From Octopus sinensis (lineage: Eukaryota), in the NCBI RefSeq assembly GCF_006345805.1, contig NC_043012.1, positions 50,220,001 through 50,284,000 on the forward strand: a stretch of 64,000 nt of DNA, written 5' to 3'. This document shows positions 54,230-64,000 of the stretch, one piece after another; the stretch's first letter is position 1, and each line of letters begins with the position of its first letter. The position numbers were made by a program, and so were the translations under genes. The notes under the pieces were generated by a model. The model saw nothing but the letters and a program-made list of their open reading frames with translations. It did no database searches and was not told where the DNA came from.

Positions 54230-54790
54230 GCTGTCATGGAGGACTAGGAACTATATGAATAGAGAACAAGTGCAACCTGTATCATAATGGTTCAGAAATG
54301 GTGTAAAACTGCACGCGTGTTCTGTGAAAATTGTAAAGACTGTAAGACGTGATACGGTCAATTGTAACCGAGACTACAAATCCGTGACCAGCAGGATGCG
54401 ACACATCAGTCATTTTGGCTGCAGCTGCACGCCGTATTTAGTTTATCTTGGAACAGCGACGGATGAACGGGGATGATACTAGAAGACTATATCTCTGAAA
54501 GCAAGTTTTGACTGCAGCAGTATTCGTCTCCTTGTGGTGCATCCGGAAGGAGACAGTAGTGTTTGCCGGAATACTTCTACGACTTCATAAGCCCCAACAT
54601 CTAATTTGTTCGATTGTAAACCCATGTGAGATACGTATTTGAAAACAAGACCCTGTCTTCGTGCTACTTCAAGGCCAATATTGTCTTGGTGTTATAGGCA
54701 GAAACGTTAAGGCATGTCCCTTTCTATTCAAGCTACAAGCTAATACGGTATTTTCCAAATTTGTCGTCCCGTCTTGGGTTCCTTCATTTC
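54230..54790 (+). pseudogene. Possible highly degraded Tc1/mariner-superfamily transposase fragment
   Basis: Translation ..VKTVRRDTVNCNRDYKSVTSR..H...TP...SIRLLV resembles the N-terminal region of invertebrate maT/DD37D-like transposases. No TIRs were found. Confidence 0.3.
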
Positions 54791-54801
54791 TGCATATTGG
54801 C

Positions 54802-54889
<88 letters not shown>

Positions 54890-54979
54890 GTTTGTGTGTT
54901 TGTATATAATACATATCTACATACATACATACATACATACATATATACATATATACATATATATATATACATACACACA

Positions 54980-55034
<55 letters not shown>

Positions 55035-55035
<1 letters not shown>

Positions 55036-55637
55036 CGAACGAATGGAACAGATAAAAGGTTCTTTAACACGTCATAAATTTAAATTATTCGTTACAAATG
55101 TTTCTGTACTAGTTTGTGCAAAAATTTGAACTCAAAAATTGAGGTAAAGGTTGTGTTTCATGACATTAAAAGAAGCATTTCCAAGGATATTCACGACATA
55201 TCTCAATACATTCAACAGATAAAAAATACATTGAAGAGATGTCTCAAGAACTCAATCACTATTACCATCCACAACAATACACTGTTAGGGTACTTGACCA
55301 TTTAACATCCTACTATTATCATAGCACTCCCACATTCAGTATCCTCCTCCTCCTTCTCATGTTCGTCTTCTTCTTCTTCTTCGTCTTCTTCTCTGCCAAG
55401 AATTCACAACTACCTTGAACCCACACGAGTAAACAAGAGAGACAGAGACAGGCAGAAACAAGGAAAATACCCCTTGTATTTGAATGCTATGCAAATATTC
55501 TTTTAAAAAGCTTTCCATTTAAATTTTCCAAATTTTTTTCCATACTTACAGTTGAAAAAGTCTGAATGACCGAAACCGGTACTGAAATGATTTTTATAAA
55601 ATTACTTTAGCATTTTCTACCTCGACTTTTTTCCATT
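55035..55637 (+). mobile_element. Third copy of the element at 1-941 (longer 5' part with ORF remnant 55114-55305)
   Basis: Aligns with 505-941 (KRCLKNSIT.TIHN....G.LTI*, then ..aagaattcacaac..acccac..gagtaaacaagagagacagag..). Inserted in (TA)n. Confidence 0.8.
55546..55587 (+). ncRNA. Minimal type I hammerhead ribozyme, U3-A8 variant (copy 3)
   Basis: uuacag-UUGAAAA-AGUC-ugaau-GACC-GAAAC-CG-GUA-cugaaa. Confidence 0.6.
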
Positions 55638-55677
55638 TATATACATTATATATATATACTTGTGTGAGTGTGAATTT

Positions 55678-56178
55678 GATGATGGCTGCCCCCTCGTTAT
55701 AGAGTATGGCCATTGGACGAAGCTTAACTATTATTGGTGCTGTGATCGAATGTGACTTTTTAGCCCAGCTAAAGATCTACAATGTCTAGTACAGAATTGG
55801 CAGCTAAAACCTTTATCAGTAATAGCCGGCTGTAGTTGTAACTGGGCTTCATGTACCTTTGCATGTCGTTTAAGTCCTCCTGTCGAATTACACTCTCTTC
55901 CACATGCCCGACAGATATGATTAGTATGGTGTGTTACACCATCACCAGTGACCAGGTTGTCACACATCTGTCTCCTGACATCCCTCCTTACTTTCTCATG
56001 CGCAACTCGAGATTTCTCAAAAGTAGCTGTCCCCTCGTGCACAATCCTTCTCCACCTGCTACGACTAATAGCTAGCCCCTCCCCCATGTGTCAGGAGAGA
56101 TGCAAGCATCTATTAAGGAAGCCTTCAGCAAGTCCTTATACATCTTCTTTGGTTTATGTCGAGGTCGTTCTCCTTTAG
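55678..56178 (-). pseudogene. RTE-clade LINE 3' end with two C2H2-like zinc fingers
   Basis: KGERPRHKPKKMYKDLLKASL..CISPDTW..LAISRSRWRRIVHEG...FE..R, then CRACGRECNSTGGLKRHAKVH and CQFCTRHCRSLAGLKSHIRSQH*, then a short 3' UTR. Confidence 0.85.
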
Positions 56179-56317
56179 CTTGATCTTTTTCTTTTTGTTA
56201 TCGCATTGCCCCTACCTCTGTATATTAATATATCTTATACGCATTGGTATTCGTCAAAAATCGTCTATAGATGTTTATGCTGACAGACGGAATTAACTGA
56301 TGATGTGCCGTTCGAGC

Positions 56318-56372
56318 CTACCGCACTGATGATGCCTAAAGAATAGGCGAACCTAGGTGTCTAGTCAGAGTA
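56318..56372 (+). ncRNA. Degenerate type I hammerhead with a full stem III
   Basis: CUGAUGA-U-GCCUA-aagaa-UAGGC-GAA(c)-CUAG-gugu-CUAG-UC. A15.1 is replaced by C and stem I is imperfect. Confidence 0.5.
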
Positions 56373-56567
56373 TTCTTGTGTCGGTAATGAAGTGGCTACC
56401 TCCTTTGTTCAGCATATGTGTATACATTTCCGTGCTTCATACAGCAGTAAAGTATTATCACTCTTATTTCTAACAATGTATGTGCTTCGGCGTCCTTAGT
56501 CACACTTAGTGACGCATAAATATTTTTCTTTTATGGTATCACATTGCTCCTAGCTGTGTGGCGATAT

Positions 56568-56700
56568 AGGTGCAGGAGAGGCTGTGGTAAGTAGCTTCCT
56601 TACCAGCCACATGGTTCCGGGTTCAGTCCCATACAAGTGTCCACCAAAGCCTTGAGACTGGATTATATATATGGAAATCGAAAGATGTGGTTGTGTGTAG
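56568..56700 (+). mobile_element. SINE family C head fragment
   Basis: aggtgcaggagaggctgtggtaagtagcttccttaccagccacatggttccgggttcagtccca...accaaagccttg. Confidence 0.8.
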
Positions 56701-57963
56701 GTTTGAATCTTATAGCTCCAGAAGGAATGAATATGAACGCTTACCCTAGATCTAATTCAATTGAGTACCAACAATGCAATTTATTCATACCTGGTTTTCT
56801 TAGAGTCTGTTTACCACCTATGTTTTCATAATCGTATTCTACATACGCATAAAGCATGCTATCGAAATGAATGCAAAGAAAAAGACGCTATCATCGTGTT
56901 GACGAAAAGCCGTAATAGCATATATACATACGTACATGTATATACACATACACGCTCAATAAAGCACACGGTAGTCACTATATCTCTTTCTCTCTCTCTC
57001 CTTCTCTCCCTCTCTCTCTGTATCTATCTATTTTAACACACTATGTATGCATACATGAATGCATATGTATATCCGTACGCACAATCATACACATATATAT
57101 GCATATATATATTCTTCATGAAAATGAAGCCCTTATCGAGAAAATTTGAGCTCCTGCCATCGTAGTAATCTCTACATTCTCCGGTATATATTGCATATTT
57201 CAAGATTATATGCGATTCTTTCAGGTAGATTTGTAGCCGATCTACTTGTTTATTACATCAGACGTTGTGTTTATAGCATGGGATTATGATTGCCTGTGTT
57301 AGTGTGAAATTATTCTATATCCAGTGATAGTAGTAATAAACCTTCTTTCTATTTTGAGCTTACAGATGTATTAAATAAATTAATCTATATCCAATATTAA
57401 ATAAGTTACAATATATTCACAAGAGTGAAAATGAAAAGGCAATCTTTACGTATATGCTACTATAGTATTGAATAGTACTAATTTTGGAACAAATAACCAA
57501 GGCATCTACAAGAAATTTGCATCTATTCATTATATTGTTACTGTCTATCGCACAATGTTTTATTTACACATGGTGCACAACACATTGTGTCACATCCAGT
57601 AGATGCCTATTAACTTGACTGGAATTAGCCATGTAAGTTTTTAACTATATAGCTGAATGCGTTGGTGAATAATCGTATCTATATTGATATAGCGGCGTTT
57701 AATACTATTCATACGTGCATTTAAGCTTTCTCAGGTGAATCAAACGGAGACAGGATCTCAGGTTCGATTTCCGTTCTCCGTCTCTTCGGTGAGGGAGAAA
57801 TATAGAAAATATTAAGGTTTCATTTTCTACAAACTTAACATAAATTTCTTTATGTTTGACCAAGTCCAAAAGAGTGCTACATGAAAAGACGATACAAATC
57901 ATTGTGAACATATTAATAATATTGACAAGTAGGCTTTATAGTATTTGCTGTTGATTTTTAAAT

Positions 57964-58026
<63 letters not shown>

Positions 58027-58068
58027 TCGGCAAGAAATGGAAGCAAATTTGAAAGAAGAAAAAAAAAA

Positions 58069-58119
<51 letters not shown>

Positions 58120-58134
58120 TCAAAGAATTTCAAA

Positions 58135-58403
58135 TAAGAAATTCAAAAGATAGTGCTCGTGGGAACTGCTCATATCCTACGCAAAATACTTTCTATGTAA
58201 TCTCAAATTTTAAAACAAACATAATTTTCGTATGTTTTTTTAGGCAGTCACTAAACCAAGTACAAAACCAAATATATGGCACCCTAGGCATAACATCAAC
58301 ATGAACTTCCAACTTGTTGTCTCTTAAGGTCTCTGGGTGAGACTTGGAGCCAGCTTGTGCAAATGTAAAGCAAAAGTAAAACATAGAATAATAATAATAA
58401 TAA
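58135..58403 (+). mobile_element. R4/Dong-like LINE 3' end with UTR and (TAA)n tail
   Basis: EIQKIVLVGTAHILRKILSM*, then a UTR ..ctctgggtgagacttgg.. and (TAA)n. Preceded by (TAA)n. Confidence 0.85.
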
Positions 58404-58439
58404 TATTGATTCACTATCACCACTACCCTTTTGTCCAGC

Positions 58440-59750
58440 CTTAATATCTCTCTCAAAATTGCTCAATGATGCACAGTAGGGTTATAAAATTTACATGGAT
58501 GATTTAAACCTTTTTGTAAAAAATTACCAACAACTCAAGGGCTTCCTAGCGGTTGTTTAAAAATTCAGTGATGACATCAGAATGCAATTTGGCCTTGATA
58601 AAGCTACCTTTATCAAAGAAAAAATGACAGAAACATCTAACGTTAACCTTAACCAGGAGAATGTCACAAAAGAGTTAGAACCAAAAGAGAGCTACAAATG
58701 CCTAGGGGTACTTGAAGGGGAATGAATCAGCCATTCAGTGATGAAAGAAAGGATCAGAAGAGAATGTTATCGCAGGGTGAGAGAAATTCTTAAGACAGAG
58801 CTGAATGCAAGAAACAGGATCGAAGCGATCAATGCTTTAGTCATATCAGTCGTGACTTACAATTTCAATAATCATTAACTGGTCGAATACTGAAATATAT
58901 AATCTTGACAGAAAAGTACGAAAATTGTTGACAATGCATAGAATGCACCACCCTATGGCAGATAGAGAAAGACTTTATCTGCCAAGAAAAGAGGGAGGCC
59001 GTGGACTTTTACAACTGGCATTAACAATGAAGATTGCCACAATTGGCCTAGACACAACCTGAAAATCTCTGAGGACTGGATGTTAAAACTTGTCACAAAA
59101 CATGAAAACAGGAAAGCATCATACTCATTAACAAAATAGGCAAAGGAATATCTAAGTGAATTCCAAATACAACAAATTCCGGAATCAGACATACTAGAAT
59201 CACTAATAGAAAAAGCTAAGCGCATAAAAAATGGCAAATACTCTAAGAGAGCAAATAATGGCGAAGTTGACATAGCCCTTACCCATCAATAGGTAATGGC
59301 CTCTGGCTTAAAATCTGAAACAGAAGGGTTTATCATAGCAGCCCAAGATCAATACCTACCTACAAGTTTCTATCAGACCAACATATTAATGTACGGCAGC
59401 TTACCAGCAGGTCGTGTATGTCGACAGCAAACGAAACCATTGATCATGTTGTCTCAATGTGAAGTCTTCTTGCGCCTACGGAGTATCTCAACAGGCATGA
59501 TAGAGCTGCACAATATATTCACTGGGTAATTTGCAAAAACCTGGACTTGCCTCCTGATAAAACTGATGGGAACACAAAACACTTCCAGTGCTTGAAAATG
59601 GTCACATCTTACTCCTCTGGAACTTCACAATTCAAACTCACAGAAAGAGAGATGCGAATAGGTCAGACATCATATTGAAAGACATCAGACAAAAATCATG
59701 CCTCCTCATTTATATAACAATCTCAATCGATATAAACGTATCGCTCTTTA
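58440..59750 (+). pseudogene. R4/Dong-like LINE RT to zinc knuckle to RLE fragment
   Basis: YMDDL, FSDDIRMQFGLDK, YKCLG, LNARNRIEAIN, RLYLPRKEGGRGL, SETEGFIIAAQDQ, RVCRQ..ETIDHV, RHD, LLWNFTIQT....ANRSDI. Contains stops and frameshifts. Confidence 0.92.
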
Positions 59751-60041
59751 TCTTGAAATTAGATCTCTATATCACGCACACATGGTTGTGATGCATGTGC
59801 CTGATGTAACCTTATCAGACGTGTATCATGATCGGTAAACAGTGTTTCATACATTTTACCCCACTTCAATGTCATGCAGAATTGGAAGGGCCCAGGCATA
59901 GATTTAGTTCAAATGTAGTTGCTAAAGAAATTTAATAGTTTACATGTGAGGTTGAGGGAACATCTTCAGAATGGATAACTAGAGGGCGGACAATAATCAT
60001 TATGAAATTTAGAAGCAAGCGTAATACAGATAGCAAATATA

Positions 60042-60274
60042 TATTTCTTTACTACCCACAAGGGGCTAAGCACAGAGGGAACAAACAAGGACAGACAAAC
60101 GGATTAAGTCGATTACATCGACCCCAGTGCATAACTGGTACTTAATTTATTGACCCTGAAAGGATGAATGTCAAAGTCGACCTCGGTGGAATGTGAACCC
60201 AGAACGTAACGGCAGACGAAATACGGCTACGCTTTTCGCCCGGCGTGGTAACGTTTCTGCCAGATCGCTGCCTT
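60042..60274 (-). mobile_element. SINE family A, full length with 12-bp TSD
   Basis: TSD atagcaaatata at 60030-60041 and 60275-60286. Confidence 0.92.
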
Positions 60275-60389
60275 ATAGCAAATATAAACCAATTACTTAC
60301 TTACGAATAGTTAACAAGAAAACCAGAATTTACTGCTGTAAAGGAAGTAAACGCTACAAAACAAAAAAAAATAACAATAGCATGGATAT

Positions 60390-62030
60390 ATTATGGTAAT
60401 GCGTATTAAATGATCTCACACTCATAGATAAGTGGATGTTTGAGTTTATTCAATATCGCAGATGACATAAGAAAATTAGTCATGTTTAGTATCAAGAAAT
60501 GGAAAATAGATTTCTACTCAGGTGATTCACTCTTAGAGAATGTTAACAGCAAAATAGGAATATTTGCAGGAGGCCTCGTTGTCCCCTTTAATATTTGTCT
60601 TATGTTTGATAGCCCTCAGTTTAGCATGAAGGAAGACATTGGCAGGGAATCAGTTGCGAAATTATAATGGAAAAAAATAACCATTTGCTCTACATGGATG
60701 ATCTAATGCTTTTTAGTAAGAATGAGGAGGAGATATATTCCTTAATTCAGACAGTAAGACACTTCAGCAAAGATATATGCGTGGAATTTGGAATATATAA
60801 ATGTGCGATATTAGTCATGAGGATGGGGCAGGTAGTCAACAGCGAAGACATCCAATTACCGGATAGCTAGACTTTAGAATCATTGAAAAGAGGAGAGATA
60901 TATAAGTATCTAGAAATATTAGGATCTGACAGGTTACTTGCTACAGAAACGAAAACGAAAATTGAGGAGTACATCAGAGTCGTAAGGTAGCTAATGAAGT
61001 CAAAGCTAAATGGTCTGAATCTAGTGAAGGCTGTAAATACTTGGGCAGTATCATCACTTAGATACGCAGCAGATTTTGTAGATTAGAAATAGAAAGCTAG
61101 ACAGAAAAACTAAGAAGGAATTCAATATGAATGGAGTAGCAAGATGATAACTACTAGTGCCACAGCAAAACATAGAGAAACCAAATAAACCAATTGAAGT
61201 TAAATCCCAGAAAAAATAACAGAAATTATCTGAGTGTCAGGAGGCGGCGTTGTATGGTATATTCCCAAAGATCGTTGAAGCAAATGGTGGTAGTGAGATA
61301 TGATAATGGTTGCAGAAATGAAAGTTGAAGAGAGACGCAGAGAGTTGTTAGTAGTGGCATATGATCAATCATTATGAACTAATTGGATAAAAACCAAGGT
61401 AGACAAAAACCAACTTGTCTTCCAATGTAGGTTGTGCAAATCAAAAGAGGAAAGCGTTACTCTTATAGTAAGTGAATGTAGCATGCTGGCACAGAAAGAA
61501 TACAAGACAGGATAACCTAATGAGAATAATCCACTGGGAGTTATGTATAAAGTTGGGATTTTATGTATAAAGTTGGAATAATCATACTCATTAATAATAT
61601 GATTATGAACCTAGTAAAGTACTAGAAAGAAAGAAATACAAGAAGTTGTGGGACTTTAGCATTCAGACTGACAGAGTAATAAAAGCTAGAAGACCTGCTT
61701 TAGTAGTAGCGGATGAAGCGCATAGAAAATGTCACATAGTTGACTTTACAGACCCAACTCATGAAAAGATCAATATGAGCGGTATAGAAAATATAGCAAA
61801 GTACCAGGAGCTAGACATTAAATTATAGAGACTATGGACAGTGCAGGCAAAATGCGTCCCAGTAGTTATAGGTGCATTGGCAACTATCCCCAAAGTTTGG
61901 AACAGATGTGAGAGGAAATAGGCATAATACCCAATTTAGTACAACTCCAGAAAACAGTGTTATGAGTGACAGCTAGGTTATTGGCATCTAAGGTTACTTA
62001 GGATCTTTTGACTTCCAACAGTCTAATCTG
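60390..62030 (+). pseudogene. Second-family R4/Dong-like LINE (5'-truncated) followed by (TAA)n(GAA)n
   Basis: GIF..LSPL, NHLLYMDDLMLF, EFGIYKCA, YKYL, AVNTWAV, CRLCKSKEESVTLIVSEC..LAQKEY, WDFSIQTDRVIKARRPALVV, KYQEL, PVVIGAL. (TAA)n at 62032-62192. Confidence 0.92.
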
Positions 62031-62060
62031 TTAATAATAATAGTAATAATAATAATAATG

Positions 62061-62221
<161 letters not shown>

Positions 62222-62237
62222 AAGAAGAAGAAGAAGA

Positions 62238-62452
62238 ATGGTTTCAAATTTTGCCAACAGCGAAGCAATTTTGAAGAGGGGCTATGTCGATTACATCGAC
62301 CCCAGTGTTCCATTGGTGGTTAATTTATCGACCTCGAAATGATGATAGGCAAAGTCGACCTCGAAGGAATTCGAAGTTAGATCGTAGCGAGGGATGAAAT
62401 ACCGCTAAGTACTTTGTCCGGTGTGCTAACAATTCTGCCAGTTCGCTGCCCT
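62238..62452 (-). mobile_element. SINE family A
   Basis: gtcgattacatcgaccccagtg...ggcaaagtcgacctcg...gctaacaattctgccagttcgctgcc. Confidence 0.85.
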
Positions 62453-62465
62453 CAAAAAATACCTG

Positions 62466-62500
62466 CGTCCACGGGTGGGCTCGAACCACTAAGCTTCCGG
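62466..62500 (-). pseudogene. 3'-half tRNA-Asn-like fragment
   Basis: Minus strand ccggaagcttagtggttcgagcccacccgtggacg resembles the eukaryotic tRNA-Asn 3' half (CCGAAAGGTTGGTGGTTCGAGCCCACCCAGGGACG), followed by caggtattttt. Confidence 0.55.
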
Positions 62501-62544
62501 CTTTAAAAAATGCCTGCGTCTCTGTTTTGTTTCTTCTGATCATA

Positions 62545-62770
62545 ATATTGCGACAAAAGATTTAGACAAGCTAAGAAAATGTGAAAATTTCCTAATGGAA
62601 ATCGAACGGAAGTAAGAAAGGTGCGTCGGTGAGGGGCATCTGAAGGCGATTATAATACCAGTGATTGTTACGACCGTACGAATTACTGTTTGAAAATTAT
62701 TTGAAAATCATTACCGAATTATCATCTCTGCAACAACTGCAAAAGACTGTTTTACCCAGTACGTTTTGAA
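62545..62770 (+). pseudogene. Degraded R4/Dong-like RLE C-terminal fragment
   Basis: ..KLRKCENFLMEIERK...HLKAIIIPVIV...QQLQKTVL, similar to the other RLE ends. Confidence 0.45.
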
Positions 62771-64000
62771 AACAATAACTTTTAACGTAAATATATAATT
62801 ATATTTATTTAAATTTTTACATAACTTTATTTGATTTTATAAGAGAAAACAGTGTCATGTTTTTTTCAGTGGTCAGTCAAACAGACACACTGAATTTCTT
62901 TGCCCCAGATGTCAGAAGGACAGTCGGCAACAAAGGGAAACATAATTGAAGGTAAAAAAATACATATCAATATTAATAATACTAGCAGTTTTAATCGTTG
63001 GTGTTGTATATTTTCTGTATTAATACGTTATATTTTATTTCAAACATAGATTCATTGTGGTAATCAAGTCAGCGAATATCTTACAACTTATAGATTTTCG
63101 ACGTTGTTGTGCTTGATGTCTTTGAAGAACAGCAAGTTGTCTGACCATCAGAATGGATAAGGATCTAGCACACCATAAGGTGATGGTTCGAAATGCATTT
63201 AAATATTTAATGCATTTAAATGTTTAATGCAGTTAAATATAAAAATAGACAATCACATACATGCAAGCCCACACGCATGCACAGGCATATATTCCCCCAC
63301 GCGCTGACACTCACGTGCACACACACACACACACACAGACGCACACTCACCACATATAGTCTTGGTGTGTTAATTGCCTCTTGAAATATTCTGCCAATAA
63401 ATACCTTTATATTTTAATGTTGCGTTGGTATATTAATAATTTCGAAATAAAATCAGTTGCATTTGTTATTGTTTAACTCGAAGCTGGTTACATTCTGAAA
63501 CGAGGAACTAATAACCAAAATCGTAACAGCCGTGCATTTTCCTTTGTTGGAAATCGTTTTTCAAAACCATTATATTTCATACTATATAATTTACCGTATA
63601 CAGTTTTACTTGTGAGAGGGAAATTTAGCTGCTATTTCAACAGACCCATTAGTTGCGTAGAAGTACCCAGTTTTGTTTCATAAAAGCTTAGTGCAATACT
63701 TTTATATGAACGTGAATATTAGTACGTATTTCTGTGTCAATGATTCGCTTCCGCGATGTATTCAAGTAATTTTTGTCAACGAAACAAGTGGTTAATGTTC
63801 TCGTCATCTAGCTCGTAACATAAGCATTGGTTGAAGACATGTATGCTCCTATCGTTAGGTCTATCTCTTTTCCACGTGAATAACCATGTTATTTGTATTT
63901 CTAAATCAATGATCAGCCATTTCCGTGAAGGAATCTCAAATTTATTTAATGGTTGCACGGAACTCTAAACCACAGCATCTGAACAAAAACAATAGAACGA

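Noticed and set aside
55731-56087. Stand-alone C2H2 zinc-finger gene
   Set aside because: The fingers are the C-terminus of an RTE LINE ORF. The upstream G.R.R..PKK..KD motif, a frameshift and a repeated 3' UTR support this.
63776-63958. ORF ending CLCYELDDENINHLF (L1-like zinc knuckle or integrase?)
   Set aside because: The motif is incomplete, the neighbouring frames are closed, and it is at the window edge.

Overview
This window is AT-rich, microsatellite-saturated eukaryotic DNA. The SINE families and repeat landscape suggest an octopus/coleoid cephalopod intergenic or intronic region (inference). No host protein-coding gene is supported, and almost all listed ORFs are translations of simple repeats. 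The window is a mosaic of mobile elements: one full-length defective mariner (7601-8841), mariner remnants, a hAT-type MITE, three tRNA-derived SINE families (some with clean TSDs), RTE, CR1-like and several R4/Dong-like LINE fragments in (TAA)n tracts, and a ~1.95 kb tandem duplication. The most notable signal is a set of about 9 hammerhead-ribozyme (HHR) motifs, read by eye, in short elements embedded in (TA)n tracts and resembling Penelope pseudo-LTRs. They include a U3-A8 core variant in three copies with a co-varying palindromic stem III, an A6U variant, and a tRNA-headed (Pol III box) SINE-like element whose tail carries an HHR. All structures were inferred manually, and none has been tested computationally or experimentally.
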